A model generated the notes under the pieces. The model was given only the letters and a program-made list of their open reading frames with translations, was not told the DNA's origin and searched no databases. A DNA stretch of 64,000 bases from Gloeobacterales cyanobacterium (GTDB lineage: Bacteria; Cyanobacteriota; Cyanobacteriia; Gloeobacterales; PMM-0068), in assembly GCA_038245785.1 (NCBI GenBank), contig JBBRSB010000001.1, positions 288,001-352,000 of the forward strand, given 5' to 3'. Made by a program: the position numbers and the translations under genes. Below, in pieces: positions 50,456 to 61,564 of the stretch (position 1 is its first letter; each line of letters begins with the position of its first letter).

Positions 50456-51859
50456 CTACAAAAGCTTACGAACATCAGAGACTTGACCGGCAACAGCTGC
50501 AGCCACCACCATCGCTGGGCTCATCAGTAGCGTCCGCCCTGAAGAAGAGCCCTGACGACCTTTAAAATTGCGGTTAGAAGAAGAAGCACTGAGCTGGCTT
50601 CCCTGAAGCTTGTCGGGATTCATCGCAAGGCACATGGAACAGCCCGCTTCACGCCATTCAAAGCCTGCTTCCAAGAAGATCTTATCGAGGCCTTCAGCTT
50701 CTGCCTGTTTTTTGACCCGCTCAGAACCGGGGACCACAAAAGCTTTCACCCCTTCAGCCACATGGCGACCTTGGGCAAATTTGGCCGCTTCTCGAAGGTC
50801 TGTAATTCGGCCATTGGTGCAGCTACCGATGAAACAAACATCCACCTTGGTACCTTCAATCATGGCCCCAGGATGGAGATGCATATAGCTGTAAGCTTCT
50901 TCGGCAATCGGTCGGTCTTCTTCGAGGAGGGTATCTGCCAGCGGAACGACTTCATCCACGGCAATCCCCTGACCTGGTGTGATTCCCCAGGTAACCGTAG
51001 GCGCAATCTGGGTTGCATCGAAGACCACTATATCGTCATAGACGGCATCAGCATTGCTGCGAATACTATTCCACCACGCCACGGCCTTCTCCCACTCCGC
51101 TTCCTGAGGCACGAAATCTTTGCCGTTGAGATATTCATAGGTCACAGCATCTGGATTAATGTAACCACAGCGAGCGCCGCCCTCAATCGCCATGTTGCAT
51201 ACGGTCATCCGCTCTTCCATATTCATCTGTTCAAAAGTGGTGCCTGCAAATTCATAGGCAAAACCAACCCCTCCTTTGACGCCCAGGGTACGGATGATGT
51301 GCAAAATCACGTCCTTGGCATAGACCCCAGGACGCAGGGTGCCATTGACCTCTATCTTGCGGACCTTGAGCTTGGAAAGGGACAGCGTTTGCGAAGCGAG
51401 GACATCCCGGACCTGACTGGTCCCAATTCCAAAGGCAATCGCTCCAAAAGCGCCGTGGGTAGACGTATGACTATCTCCACAGGCGATGGTCATACCCGGT
51501 TGGGTGAGTCCCTGTTCTGGAGCGATGATATGAACGACGCCTTGATTCCCAGAACCAATGTTGTAGAAGGTAATGCTCTGTTCCTTGCAGTTATTTTCCA
51601 AAGCCTGCATCATCTCTTCAGCTAAGCTATCGGCAAAAGGGCGGGCTTGATTTTCCGTTGGCACAATATGGTCAACCGTAGCCACGGTGCGCTCAGGGAA
51701 AAGAACTTTTAGCCCTCGCTCCCGAAGCATGGCAAAAGCCTGGGGACTGGTCACTTCATGAATCAGATGGAGACCAATAAAAAGCTGCGTTTGACCAGAG
51801 GGTAGGGTTCCAACCGTATGCGCGTTCCAAACTTTGTCAAATAGCGTCCCGTTACTCAC
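50456..51859 (-). CDS. leuC: 3-isopropylmalate dehydratase large subunit
   Basis: [42 protein letters not shown]. Confidence 0.98.
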   Translation of the reverse strand: MSNGTLFDKVWNAHTVGTLPSGQTQLFIGLHLIHEVTSPQAFAMLRERGLKVLFPERTVATVDHIVPTENQARPFADSLAEEMMQALENNCKEQSITFYNIGSGNQGVVHIIAPEQGLTQPGMTIACGDSHTSTHGAFGAIAFGIGTSQVRDVLASQTLSLSKLKVRKIEVNGTLRPGVYAKDVILHIIRTLGVKGGVGFAYEFAGTTFEQMNMEERMTVCNMAIEGGARCGYINPDAVTYEYLNGKDFVPQEAEWEKAVAWWNSIRSNADAVYDDIVVFDATQIAPTVTWGITPGQGIAVDEVVPLADTLLEEDRPIAEEAYSYMHLHPGAMIEGTKVDVCFIGSCTNGRITDLREAAKFAQGRHVAEGVKAFVVPGSERVKKQAEAEGLDKIFLEAGFEWREAGCSMCLAMNPDKLQGSQLSASSSNRNFKGRQGSSSGRTLLMSPAMVVAAAVAGQVSDVRKLL

Positions 51860-51977
51860 AGGTTAGCCTCCAGGTCTTATCTTTAAGGATGAATGAGGTT
51901 CTTAATTCTAGCTCAAAGATGTACCCCACGAGCCAGCAGCTCATGGGGTTAGGATTAGCGAAAGACCTAAGTTCAAG

Positions 51978-52367
51978 TCAACTCAACAGACGGTCAAACC
52001 GTTCTTCTAAACGGTCATGGAAGTCTTCTCCAGGAAGGAGAAGCCAGAGGAAACATAGCACGAGCCAGCTAACAAGCCAGGGAACAATACTCATCGGCAA
52101 AAAGATGCTACTGACCAATCCAAAGAGAACGGAAATGGAGGCATTGACTAAAAGCCCAGATTTACTCACAAATCGTTCTACCCAGGTCGCAGGGAACAGG
52201 AAAGCTGTCAGCAATAAAACACCCCATGCAATTAGGATAGATAGAGCTGCTCTTCCGAGGTCGTTAGGAATGGGTAAAACGAAGAAAAGAGGTATGGTCA
52301 CAAGGAAAACAGATAGCGAAAGCAAACTAGAAGGCAACCTGACCGGGGAGGAAGGAATCTCTGCCAT
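51978..52367 (-). CDS. Hypothetical four-TM membrane protein
   Basis: Four hydrophobic segments and a charged tail; co-oriented with leuC. Confidence 0.55.
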   Translation of the reverse strand: MAEIPSSPVRLPSSLLSLSVFLVTIPLFFVLPIPNDLGRAALSILIAWGVLLLTAFLFPATWVERFVSKSGLLVNASISVLFGLVSSIFLPMSIVPWLVSWLVLCFLWLLLPGEDFHDRLEERFDRLLS

Positions 52368-52545
52368 GGGGGGCTCCGAAAAGCTATGAGTGTTGTGTGA
52401 ATAGCTATTTATATCGTAAGCAATCCTCCTGCTCTCAGCAAGAGTGTTTCTAACTAGTTTTCTCTCGCCTTTTTCCTGTTTACTGAAACCCTAAAAAATC
52501 TATAAAAAAGCATAAAAGCAGTCAAAATATTACCCACACGCTTTA

Positions 52546-53469
52546 GTGAACCCTCAATCGATGACAGATTCTTACCAAAGTCAGCAAACCCTCCCCTCTT
52601 CCTTCTCTGCTTGGTATCACCAAGCCAAGCAGGATTCTGTTCAATACCAAGTCAACTCCGAAGAATTAGATTGGCTTATTTTAGGTTATCTAGACCTGGA
52701 TAAGCTCTCTCTACGCTTGGGCCAAATTTCCTGCTCTGCTGAACAGTTGGAAACACTGAAAGTCCTGTGGCAGAGGCGACTTATAGAAAGAACTCCTATT
52801 CAATATCTCTTGGGTAAGGCTGCTTGGCGTTCTTTCTGGCTAGCCGTAACGCCAGCCGTACTCATTCCCCGACCGGAAACTGAACTTTTGGTAGACCTTA
52901 CCTTAGATTTTCTTCATGACCGCTCAGAGCCCCAGGTTCTGGACTTGGGAACAGGCAGTGGCGCGATTGCCTTGGGAATTGCCCATGAGTTGCCGATTGC
53001 TCAGTGCACCGCCATAGACCGCTCACCAGAAGCTTTGGCAGTCGCCCGTAGAAATGCTCAGGACCTGGGCTGTGCCGTGAATTTCCTAGAGGGAGATTGG
53101 TTTTCGCCCCTGAAGACTTCAGGCATCCCGAAGGCGCATTTCGATGCTGTTCTGTCTAACCCGCCCTATATTCCTAGCGCAACAGTGGCCTCTTTGGAGC
53201 TCGAAGTACGCCAACATGAACCTCAACTGGCCTTGGATGGAGGAGACGATGGACTGAACGCTATCAGAATCTTGGTTGAACAGGGATGGTTATGGCTCAA
53301 GCCTGGCGGTCTTTGGTTGGTAGAGTTGATGGTAGACCAAGCTCCGATGGTAATCGATTTGCTTATTGCCAACGGCCATTACACAGACATCCAGGTCCAT
53401 CGAGACCTCGAAGGGATTGAACGGTTTGTTTCAGCTAAGTGTCTCTCTGCCTCTCCATGTACGGTTTGA
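52546..53469 (+). CDS. prmC: Release-factor glutamine methyltransferase
   Basis: PIQYLLG, LIPRPETE, DLGTGSGAI, SNPPY, ALDGG.DGL. Confidence 0.96.
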   Translation: MNPQSMTDSYQSQQTLPSSFSAWYHQAKQDSVQYQVNSEELDWLILGYLDLDKLSLRLGQISCSAEQLETLKVLWQRRLIERTPIQYLLGKAAWRSFWLAVTPAVLIPRPETELLVDLTLDFLHDRSEPQVLDLGTGSGAIALGIAHELPIAQCTAIDRSPEALAVARRNAQDLGCAVNFLEGDWFSPLKTSGIPKAHFDAVLSNPPYIPSATVASLELEVRQHEPQLALDGGDDGLNAIRILVEQGWLWLKPGGLWLVELMVDQAPMVIDLLIANGHYTDIQVHRDLEGIERFVSAKCLSASPCTV

Positions 53470-53481
53470 CCTGAAAGGTTT

Positions 53482-54213
53482 GTGACTATGGAATTTTCGC
53501 CCATCCCTGACCCCACGCGCCAAAAAGCCTTAGAGACCTTTGTTCGTCGTTTGAATCTCCGTGCTACAGACCCTATTGATTGGAGATTGCTGGATCAAGC
53601 GTTATTGCATCCTTCTTGGATAAACCGTAGTCAAAAGGCCGATGAGAACAATGACCGTTTGGAGTTTTTAGGTGATTCCGTAGTGCGTCTATTGGTCTCA
53701 GAGTTTCTATTTGAGACCCATGCTGAGCAAAGTTCAGGAGAACTGACCGCAGTACGGGCTGTCCTGGTGAGTGACCAAACTTTTAGTGACCTGGGAGAAC
53801 AGTATGGTCTAGACCAATTTCTAGTCATTGGCGCCTCGGCTGATGGCGGCGGACGCGCTTCCCGCCTGGCGGATTGTTTTGAAGCTGTTTTGGGGGCCCT
53901 CTATCTTAGTACCGGAGATTTTTCGCTCATTCGTCCCTGGTTGCTGCCCGTCGTTAAGAAAATGACCCAGGAAATCCTCAATGATCCCACCCGTGGGAAT
54001 TACAAAGCGGCGCTGCAAGAATTGACCCAAGCCAAAAATACAGAGTTACCGGAGTACCGACTGGTAGAACAATCGGATGAAGGAAAACCCGTGTTTATCT
54101 CTGAAGTCTGGTTTTGGGGTAAACGTTGGGGCCAAGGTGAAGGACCCTCTAAGAAGAAAGCAGAACAGGCTGCGGCAAAAGAAGCCTATCTAAGGATCTC
54201 TATGGAGACCTAG
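53482..54213 (+). CDS. rnc: Ribonuclease III
   Basis: NDRLEFLGDSV, ADCFEAVLGA, dsRBD NYKAALQE..G.G.SKK.AEQ.AA. Confidence 0.96.
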   Translation: MTMEFSPIPDPTRQKALETFVRRLNLRATDPIDWRLLDQALLHPSWINRSQKADENNDRLEFLGDSVVRLLVSEFLFETHAEQSSGELTAVRAVLVSDQTFSDLGEQYGLDQFLVIGASADGGGRASRLADCFEAVLGALYLSTGDFSLIRPWLLPVVKKMTQEILNDPTRGNYKAALQELTQAKNTELPEYRLVEQSDEGKPVFISEVWFWGKRWGQGEGPSKKKAEQAAAKEAYLRISMET

Positions 54214-54230
54214 GGTTTTTCGGAGAGATG

Positions 54231-54258
54231 GTAAAGACGCGATATATCGCGTCTTTAC
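54231..54258. repeat. 28-bp perfect REP-like palindrome
   Basis: GTAAAGACGCGATATATCGCGTCTTTAC, between convergent genes. Confidence 0.85.
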
Positions 54259-54274
54259 AGGGATCTCTAGTCTC

Positions 54275-54562
54275 CTAACAATAAGGGGTTATATCCAGAC
54301 CACACTCATCAGCCAGATAACAAAGAGACTTAAAACGGAGGCTGGTTAACTGTTCATAAAGAGGATTTAGTTTGCAGAGTGGTGGAATGTATAAAAGAGT
54401 ATGGCCTAAGAGTTCTAGCCGACGTTCAAAGGGACAGTGACTAGGAATCAGTTTGCAAAGTAGCCATGCGGACCTAGGATTATGAATTTCAAGGGTTTCT
54501 AGCCACTGACGAATGAGATATAAGGGGTTAAGTTCAAGATCAAAATGGAGGAAGCCTTTCAT
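54275..54562 (-). CDS. 'Mo-dependent nitrogenase C-terminal domain' family protein
   Basis: LCKLIPSHCPFER, IPPLCKLNPLYEQL..LRFKSL.YLADECG. Confidence 0.88.
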   Translation of the reverse strand: MKGFLHFDLELNPLYLIRQWLETLEIHNPRSAWLLCKLIPSHCPFERRLELLGHTLLYIPPLCKLNPLYEQLTSLRFKSLCYLADECGLDITPYC

Positions 54563-54773
54563 AGGTTTAATTACCTCACAACCGGGAAATTAAGCAGCGT
54601 TTCAGACTCGTAGCTTTTACTATCTATCTTTAATTCCATTATCTCTAGAACCTCGTCCTTTTCAGTGAGAAAAGGTTGTGAACTTTTAGAGAAAAGTATG
54701 AAAAAGTTATGTGCCCAAAAGTCTCTCAGGGCTTAGGAAAAATGCTTTCCCCCATTTTGATTAATAAGGGTCC

Positions 54774-55601
54774 CTAGGAAGGGAAAAAGCCCGTGCGGAT
54801 CTGTCGGCTAGTCTCTAACTGCGCCTGTAATCCCTCCCAGTTCTGTTCCTGGATCTGTTCTTCCAAATGGTCTAGTGCTGCCCTAAATTGCTTGAGACTT
54901 TCTAAGATCGCCGTGCGATTATGCTGAGCCATCGCTAGTCCTAAATCTGGATTTCCGCCCCCAACGCGGGTTGTATCTTGAAAACCTGGACCCGCCAGTT
55001 TTTGAGCCTTGTCTATATCGCTCACACTGAGCAGTAACGCTGCAGAAACCATTACAGGCAGATGGCTCACCTGAGCAACGAGTTGGTCATGAACTTCTGG
55101 AGAGAAGATGACTAGTTTACTGCCCAAACCTAAAGCGAGCTGATGAACAGTATCCAATGCTTGGGCATCGGTAGTAGTGATAGGCGTCAGGGCATAGGGG
55201 CGATGGTGAAATAATCCAGCCTCAGCCGCTTCAACTCCTTGGTTGGCCGTACCTGCCATCGGATGTCCACCGACAAATCGGGGCCATTGGGCCGTAGCTT
55301 CTTCAACAATCGGACCCTTTACAGAAGCTACATCCGTAATGATTGTCTGAGGGCTAAGCACTTTCTGCAGTTTTTCGAGGGTAGGGAGGACCAAGGGAAT
55401 CGGTGTACAGATGAACACAACCTCACAATTCTTGAGCAGAGCCAAGTCCTGACTGGCTTTGTCCACAACGCCCTTGACTAAGGCCCGTTCACAGGTGGAT
55501 TGCTGTCGGCTGACGCCTAAAACTCGGTGACCAGAAGAGCGAAAATCGAGCCCAAGGGAACCACCAATCAAACCTAAACCGACCAAACCAATGACTGCCA
55601 T
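54774..55601 (-). CDS. tyrA: Prephenate/arogenate dehydrogenase
   Basis: GLGLIGGS, TDVASVK, GGHPMAG, HD..VA.VSHLP, GFQDTTRV. Confidence 0.95.
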   Translation of the reverse strand: MAVIGLVGLGLIGGSLGLDFRSSGHRVLGVSRQQSTCERALVKGVVDKASQDLALLKNCEVVFICTPIPLVLPTLEKLQKVLSPQTIITDVASVKGPIVEEATAQWPRFVGGHPMAGTANQGVEAAEAGLFHHRPYALTPITTTDAQALDTVHQLALGLGSKLVIFSPEVHDQLVAQVSHLPVMVSAALLLSVSDIDKAQKLAGPGFQDTTRVGGGNPDLGLAMAQHNRTAILESLKQFRAALDHLEEQIQEQNWEGLQAQLETSRQIRTGFFPS

Positions 55602-56674
55602 CAGGACGCCTCTAAAATCTGCCGAAACCAGGTATTAAATCGATGGGTCATTGCCTCTAAAGAGAATTCTTGTTCCGCTCTTTGGCGACACCGCTTTCGG
55701 TCAATTAAGTCTATACGTCCTAGTGCCCTAACCATTGCCTCAATATCATCCGCAGGAGTTACAAACCCTGTCACTCCATCCAGCGTGATTTCCTGAGGGC
55801 CTCCCCGGTCATAGGTGAGCACAGGTACCCCACAGGCCAGAGCTTCCACCGCCACATTGCCAAAAGCTTCTACCCATTTGGGCGTAACCAAAAGTGCCTG
55901 ACTCCCCCGCAAAATAGCCTGCATTTTGTGCGTGGTCAAAAAACCATGAAAGACAACTTCAGCCTGAGGATAAGCGGCTAAACATTGCTGATAATAGGAC
56001 TCATCCTGTAGGTACCCCATCAGGTCTAGAGGCTTATGCGTCTTAGCGGCTACGGCGAGGGCATCTTCCAATCCTTTTTCCGGCGTGATCCGTCCGACCC
56101 AGGCCAATCTGGGTTGCGGTTTTGAATTGAAATCATATTGGGAAAGGTCCATGCCACAGGGCAATACCACCAAATCTTGAGCAAAAGAGAAAGTCTGGGC
56201 CTGGGCTTGGCTATGAACCGCCACGGTACCGGGAAAATGAGTACTCACATAGGCCAAACGTTCATCCACTGCATCGCTTAGAGAACCCATGCTGACAATA
56301 TGCGCCACCGGGCGGCTAAAAAAACTGGTCAAATAGAACGGCAACCAGTCATATCCCCAGTTCACAATCAGGTCATAGTCCAACTCTAGAGCCTTTACCT
56401 GTTCCCAGAGATTGGTCAGGAGCGAAGGGTCCGTCAGGATGATCGGTTCTTGCCGTGTTTGGTTTTGTGCCAGTTCTGGCGGTGCTCCCAGCACCTCTAT
56501 ACACACCAGCCCTCGCTTGGCACAGGCGGGTTTGCTCCCTTCTGGAGCAATCAGCGTCACCACTTCTCCGGCTTGGACCAGGGCTTGAGCAAGATTCAGC
56601 AGATTTAGCTCTACCCCGCCCCCGATCCCACTACCCAAAGGACCGACCGGAGTGGAAACGAAAAGTAAGCGCAT
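55601..56674 (-). CDS. Glycosyltransferase family 4
   Basis: GGGVE, GRITPEKG, EAFGNVAVEALACGVPV. Confidence 0.92.
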   Translation of the reverse strand: MRLLFVSTPVGPLGSGIGGGVELNLLNLAQALVQAGEVVTLIAPEGSKPACAKRGLVCIEVLGAPPELAQNQTRQEPIILTDPSLLTNLWEQVKALELDYDLIVNWGYDWLPFYLTSFFSRPVAHIVSMGSLSDAVDERLAYVSTHFPGTVAVHSQAQAQTFSFAQDLVVLPCGMDLSQYDFNSKPQPRLAWVGRITPEKGLEDALAVAAKTHKPLDLMGYLQDESYYQQCLAAYPQAEVVFHGFLTTHKMQAILRGSQALLVTPKWVEAFGNVAVEALACGVPVLTYDRGGPQEITLDGVTGFVTPADDIEAMVRALGRIDLIDRKRCRQRAEQEFSLEAMTHRFNTWFRQILEAS

Positions 56675-57252
56675 TACTTGGAAAAACTAGAGACTGCCCA
56701 GAGTGCCAAAAACATTATCCCTGTGCCCACGGTTGGAAAAAGAGCGGCTGGAATGACGAAATTGGCAATGATAGAAGCGGTTAGCCATCCACCAAATACA
56801 AGGCCGAAACCACGTAAGAAGCGGTTATTTTTCTTGTACAGCAAGTAAAGGGCGGCCAGCAGAGCCAAAGGCATCGTGATATTGAAGGCAGAAAAGAAGC
56901 TAGCGGTCAAAATCCAAAGCCCTGCAAAAATAGCGGTGGGGAGTCCAAGCTCTCTCAGCGTAGGCTGTTCAACCCATTTCTCCCATCCTTTTGGAACTTT
57001 GGTGAGGTTTCTAGCGGGTTGGGCTGGAATCGCATTTTCTGCGTAGCGAATCCCTTCTGGAACCTTGATTTTCCCCTCTTTACGCATCCGGAAGCGCTGC
57101 ATGAGGATCATATCGTACGCTTCTTCGATAAGCTGGGTTTGGCGCTCATTGTCGCCATATTGCTCCAAAAGCCTGGTTTTGGCCCCTTGGATCTCCTCGA
57201 AAGGAGTATCTTCCGAGATGCCTAATAACTTGTAAGGGTCGGGCTCACTCAT
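56674..57252 (-). CDS. CPP1-like (J-like domain) membrane protein
   Basis: DPYKLLGI...FEEIQ.A, IEEAYD.ILM.R...R.EGKI.V..IRYA; C-terminal TM helices. Confidence 0.85.
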   Translation of the reverse strand: MSEPDPYKLLGISEDTPFEEIQGAKTRLLEQYGDNERQTQLIEEAYDMILMQRFRMRKEGKIKVPEGIRYAENAIPAQPARNLTKVPKGWEKWVEQPTLRELGLPTAIFAGLWILTASFFSAFNITMPLALLAALYLLYKKNNRFLRGFGLVFGGWLTASIIANFVIPAALFPTVGTGIMFLALWAVSSFSK

Positions 57253-57400
57253 AGCCGTATGCAGATGCCAAAAGTACTTCCAAACTATCTCAGTTATAGC
57301 CTTTCCTACAAGGGCATAAAGTTGAAGACCTTATAATTTGCTTCCGTTGACGTTTGCCAGAGAGAGCCGGAAGATAGAGTATCCAAGCTGCGTATAGTCT

Positions 57401-58432
57401 ATGGCCCTACCTAAAATTTCGCTGGGTAAGAATACACAGAATTTTTCCCGCAACGGAATTTTGCTGGTATTGGCCCTTTTGTTCCCTTTGCTTGCCCAGC
57501 TCTCATCACAGCCCTCCTACTTGGTGAATGTGGCCGTAACGGTCGGTATCTACATGGTGCTGTCTATGGGCCTCAACATTGTGGTGGGCATGGCAGGACT
57601 GCTCGATTTGGGCTACATCGCCTTCTTCGCCATCGGCGCCTATTCAATGGCTATCCTCAGCACTAATTTCGGTTGGTCTTTCTGGATGGTCCTGCCAGTT
57701 GCAGGTCTTCTGTCTGCTACCTTTGGCGTCCTCTTAGGAGCCCCGACCCTGCGCTTGCGGGGAGATTATTTGGCGATTGTCACTTTGGGATTTGGCGAAA
57801 TTATTCGGATTTCGCTCAATAATCTGGACTGGCTGACCAATGGCCCCCAGGGGATTGCCGGGGTACGGGCTCCTTCTGTCCCTTGGATCGGCAGTAAGGG
57901 CCTTACCCTGATTGACCTCTATCAACCGGCCCAGCTTTATTACTTAGCCTTGGCACTCGTCTGTGCTGTCTGGTGGACCACTTCTCGGATGAAGAATTCC
58001 CGGATTGGTCGGGCCTGGTTAGCTATTCGAGAAGATGAGATTGCCGCTCAAGCGATGGGCATTGACACCGTCCGCATGAAGCTTTTAGCCTTTGCCAGTG
58101 GTGCCACGCTGGCAGGGATTGTCGGCGTCCTCTTTGCCGCTCAGCTCACCTTCGTCTCTCCAGAAAGTTTTACGCTTTTTGAATCCGTTATTGTCCTCTC
58201 GATGGTGGTCGTCGGAGGGATGGGCTCTGTGATTGGAGCGGTGGCCGGAGCCTTTCTCCTGGTTGTTATTCCAGAAGTATTGCGTGGATTTTCTGAATAT
58301 CGAATGTTACTCTTTGGCGCTGCTATGGTTCTGGTGATGTTGGTCCGTCCCCAAGGGCTTTTTGGAGAAGAACGTCAAAAGGTATCTAAAACAACAACAT
58401 CCTTCTATGCACCCGCGCAAGAAGAAGAATAG
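57401..58432 (+). CDS. Branched-chain amino-acid ABC transporter permease (LivM-like)
   Basis: GLNIVVG.AGLLDLG, LRLRGDYLAIVTLGFGEI, AIREDE.AA. Confidence 0.92.
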   Translation: MALPKISLGKNTQNFSRNGILLVLALLFPLLAQLSSQPSYLVNVAVTVGIYMVLSMGLNIVVGMAGLLDLGYIAFFAIGAYSMAILSTNFGWSFWMVLPVAGLLSATFGVLLGAPTLRLRGDYLAIVTLGFGEIIRISLNNLDWLTNGPQGIAGVRAPSVPWIGSKGLTLIDLYQPAQLYYLALALVCAVWWTTSRMKNSRIGRAWLAIREDEIAAQAMGIDTVRMKLLAFASGATLAGIVGVLFAAQLTFVSPESFTLFESVIVLSMVVVGGMGSVIGAVAGAFLLVVIPEVLRGFSEYRMLLFGAAMVLVMLVRPQGLFGEERQKVSKTTTSFYAPAQEEE

Positions 58433-59198
58433 TCTGGATAGCTCCTACGACCAGAGAACGGACACAAAGACCTCTCATTGGCAGCGTCAGCAGTTCCAGA
58501 AGGCCCTTGGGCACTATGCAACCCCTAGCATGCACTGGCTAGAGCTAGGGGCAGGAACAGGTACCGATGCGCTATGGCTAGCGCACCAAGAAATGGATAT
58601 AGAAATTACTTGCACAGAACCCAATCCCTGGATGTTTGACCAACTCCAGACCAAAACATCCCAGGTAAGGGCCATCCACACCCTTCCTCTAAAAGCAGAG
58701 CAGTTGGACGAGCTGGGAGAACAGGTTTTTGATGGCGCTTTTTCTAACTTTGCGGCCCTGAATTGTGTGGAAGACTTGGGCTCTGTCGCTCAAACCTTGG
58801 CAGCCCATCTCAGAACCAAGGCTCCAGTGGTTCTCTGTTTATTTAACCGAAACTGTGGATGGGAGCTAGCCTTAGGACTGCTTCAGGGAATTGCTCAGCG
58901 CAATTCTGAGCGTTTGTGGCGTCGGCAGGTGCACGAACGGTTGGTGGAGATGCAACCGGGTATAGAAGTATCAACCTTCTATCATCAGCCCCGAGAAATC
59001 ATGAAAGCGTTTGAGCCTTGGTTCACGCTTGAATCTCGAATCGGTATGGGAGTTGCTGTTCCTCCTGCAGGCTGGACTTTGGCAGACCGAGCCCCCCAGA
59101 TCTTTGAAGCTCTACATTATCTGGATATGGCTTGGGGTAAAGGATTTGGCTTCCGTTCCTTGGGAGACCACCAAATATGGTGTTTTACAAGAAGATGA
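58362..59198 (+). CDS. Class I SAM-dependent methyltransferase
   Basis: LELGAGTG.DA, FDGAFSNFAALNC; start uncertain. Confidence 0.85.
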   Translation: MEKNVKRYLKQQHPSMHPRKKKNSLDSSYDQRTDTKTSHWQRQQFQKALGHYATPSMHWLELGAGTGTDALWLAHQEMDIEITCTEPNPWMFDQLQTKTSQVRAIHTLPLKAEQLDELGEQVFDGAFSNFAALNCVEDLGSVAQTLAAHLRTKAPVVLCLFNRNCGWELALGLLQGIAQRNSERLWRRQVHERLVEMQPGIEVSTFYHQPREIMKAFEPWFTLESRIGMGVAVPPAGWTLADRAPQIFEALHYLDMAWGKGFGFRSLGDHQIWCFTRR

Positions 59199-59303
59199 AC
59201 ACCAATTATCCTGAGTTGCAGCGAATCACATACACGCCGAACTTGCTTTAACAAAAAATCAACCTTATAGGCTTAGTAGCCAACTGTAGGAGATTGCTAA
59301 GAT

Positions 59304-60419
59304 ATGACTCCTGGTCAACCAACCCCGAAGTCTAGAAGAAACGTTACACAGCTTCGCGGGCGCACCCTACAGCAAACCCCGATGAATAATCCCCTAAGAC
59401 CCCGCAAGCGCAACTTCAGAGGCAGAATCTTCCTAGGCGCTTTGCTCTGCGCAGGGGCTCTAGGACTTGCAACCACCTTGGGCGCCAACTGGTTTAATTG
59501 GCCTAGCAGCTTTCCGACCAATGTGGCTGCGATGGGCAGCAATGAGAACTATGGACCTCCCTTGCCCAAAGCTTGGCCTTTGCCCTTCAATATGACCCGT
59601 CTGACTGCATCGCTCCAACAAGACCTGGTCAATCTATCCAAACTACCCAAGCTGGAAACGGGTATTTTCTTTGTCGACTTGGATAGTGGAGACTATTTGA
59701 CCCTGCACGAAGATGAGGCATTCTCCGCCGCCAGTACGATCAAACTGCCGGTACTTATGGCTTTATTCGCTCAGATAGATAAAGGCACGATTCGGTTAGA
59801 TGAACCGCTTGTCCTCTCAGCGGCTACAAAAGGTGATGGCTCTGGTTATCTCCAGTACAAACCTGTTGGCACCCAACTCACCGTTTATGAAACCGCAGAT
59901 TTAATGATTGTTGATAGCGACAATAGTGCCACCAACATGTTGATTGAACGTCTAGGCGGCAAGGAAGTTTTGAATGAACAATTTCGAGCTTGGAATCTCC
60001 GCCAAACTGAAATCAAGGAACCTCTGCCTGACCTAACGGGCCAGAATACGACTTCTCCGAGGGACCTTTCTCTACTGATGGGGCGTTTGGAAAAGGGACT
60101 TGTGCTTTCGCCTCGTTCTCGTGACCGCGCTTTGGAAATCCTCTATCGCACCAAGACCCGCACCTTATTACCTTCGGGCCTGGGTTCTGGAAGCCGTATT
60201 GCCCATAAGACCGGAGATATTAAATCTTCTCTGGGCAACACCGGGATCATTGATCTCGTGAATGGCAAGCGCTACATTCTCACAGTCCTTGTAAAGCGCC
60301 CTCCCAATGACCGTCGAGCCAATCAGCTGATTCGGGATATTTCGCAACGTATTTATCTAAATCGCATGGGGTTGCCGTTTACAGCCAACACGCCAAAAGC
60401 GGTGGAGAAGAGGACCTAA
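59304..60419 (+). CDS. Class A beta-lactamase-like serine hydrolase (cyanobacterial PBP-A-like)
   Basis: ASTIK (SxxK), SDN, KTG; omega loop EPLPDL lacks the E166-type glutamate. Confidence 0.85.
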   Translation: MTPGQPTPKSRRNVTQLRGRTLQQTPMNNPLRPRKRNFRGRIFLGALLCAGALGLATTLGANWFNWPSSFPTNVAAMGSNENYGPPLPKAWPLPFNMTRLTASLQQDLVNLSKLPKLETGIFFVDLDSGDYLTLHEDEAFSAASTIKLPVLMALFAQIDKGTIRLDEPLVLSAATKGDGSGYLQYKPVGTQLTVYETADLMIVDSDNSATNMLIERLGGKEVLNEQFRAWNLRQTEIKEPLPDLTGQNTTSPRDLSLLMGRLEKGLVLSPRSRDRALEILYRTKTRTLLPSGLGSGSRIAHKTGDIKSSLGNTGIIDLVNGKRYILTVLVKRPPNDRRANQLIRDISQRIYLNRMGLPFTANTPKAVEKRT

Positions 60420-60538
60420 TCGCTATAGCTTCATAAAACTTACTGCTCTGTGAACTTTTAGGGTGTCCACTCAACATTTTGTCTTCTATAGTATTAAGGA
60501 ATGTTAAGATACTAAGATATAGCAGGGTAGTGTTTGCG

Positions 60539-61231
60539 ATGAATACTAATTTAGAACCAAGAATTTATAGTGAAGACCCTCGGGAACGTATGGCAGCCGT
60601 AGTTTCTCTTCGTGCTTTAGGCTCGGATGAAGCAACGCCTTTATTACTTGAAGCCACCAGAGACCCCCTGCCGATGGTGCGAATCTTCGCAACCATTGGT
60701 TTGGGAAAGAAAAAAGGGGAAGGAGCCTACGAACGGCTGGTTGATTTACTCAATAATGACCCTGAAGTTTCTGTCCGGGCTGAGGCCGCAGGAGCCTTAG
60801 GCGATCTGGGCGACAAGCGGGCTACGGAGCACTTAGTCCATGCTTACCATGAAGACGTGGATTGGATTGTGCGCTACAGCGTGATTGTCTCTCTCGGTCT
60901 TCTTCAAGATATCCGTGGCTATGACGTAATTCGCAATGGACTCAAAGCCAAAGAAAATCTCTTGCAAGAGGCTGCAGTTGGAGCTTTGGGCAATTTAGGG
61001 GATGAGCAGGCACAAGAGGTCCTGTTTTCTCTGCTGCCTGATGCCGAAGGAGAAATGCGCTACAAAATTGCTAGAGCTTTAGGACATTTGCTCAATGACC
61101 CCAAAACGGGAGATATGCCCAAGTGCCGCTCTGCTCTGGAATTTCTCAAGAAAGATGCCGATGAGAAAGTCGCACAAGTTGCTGCCTATCATCTGAATGA
61201 GTTCTCAAAGGAATTTAAGGCAGAGGCTTGA
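60539..61231 (+). CDS. HEAT-repeat (PBS lyase/NblB-like) protein
   Basis: Repeated VR..AA.ALG.LGD motifs; DVDWIVRYS. Confidence 0.85.
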   Translation: MNTNLEPRIYSEDPRERMAAVVSLRALGSDEATPLLLEATRDPLPMVRIFATIGLGKKKGEGAYERLVDLLNNDPEVSVRAEAAGALGDLGDKRATEHLVHAYHEDVDWIVRYSVIVSLGLLQDIRGYDVIRNGLKAKENLLQEAAVGALGNLGDEQAQEVLFSLLPDAEGEMRYKIARALGHLLNDPKTGDMPKCRSALEFLKKDADEKVAQVAAYHLNEFSKEFKAEA

Positions 61232-61296
61232 GCTCTCCTTCAATGCCTACCGCCTAAATAAGTTAAATTTACTTACCCTGTATGGGTTCCAACATT

Positions 61297-61479
61297 TTGC
61301 CTGAAGGTTTATGATTGGTTCCTATTCTGAATATCCCGAAAATATTTCACCATACGGTAGAGACGCCCTATAGGGCGTCTCTACCGTATGAAAACACGGG
61401 ATTACGTCCATTTGATGGAATGGAATGCCATTCCGGAAACATACAATTGCCTGGGTATCGGCAGAATCTGCAACATGAC
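61297..61479. repeat. Dispersed ~190-bp element with central 40-bp perfect palindrome (copy B)
   Basis: Aligns with 11261-11446; palindrome at 61351-61390. Confidence 0.8.
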
Positions 61480-61564
61480 CAGTCAAAACCAAACGTTTCG
61501 CCACCGATTTTGGGCCCACACTTTAGAATGCTAAGAAGGCAGACAGGCAGGGTAAGGGATTTCT

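Noticed and set aside
50762..51625. 287-aa plus-strand ORF
   Set aside because: Antisense to leuC
51889..52389. 166-aa basic plus-strand ORF
   Set aside because: Lys/Arg/Ser-rich mirror of the hydrophobic minus-strand ORF; no motif
54275..54562. Evidence of nitrogen fixation
   Set aside because: This domain family is common in non-diazotrophic cyanobacteria, and no nif genes are present in the window
59304..60419. Antibiotic-resistance beta-lactamase
   Set aside because: Lacks the omega-loop catalytic glutamate and fits cyanobacterial PBP-A-like proteins
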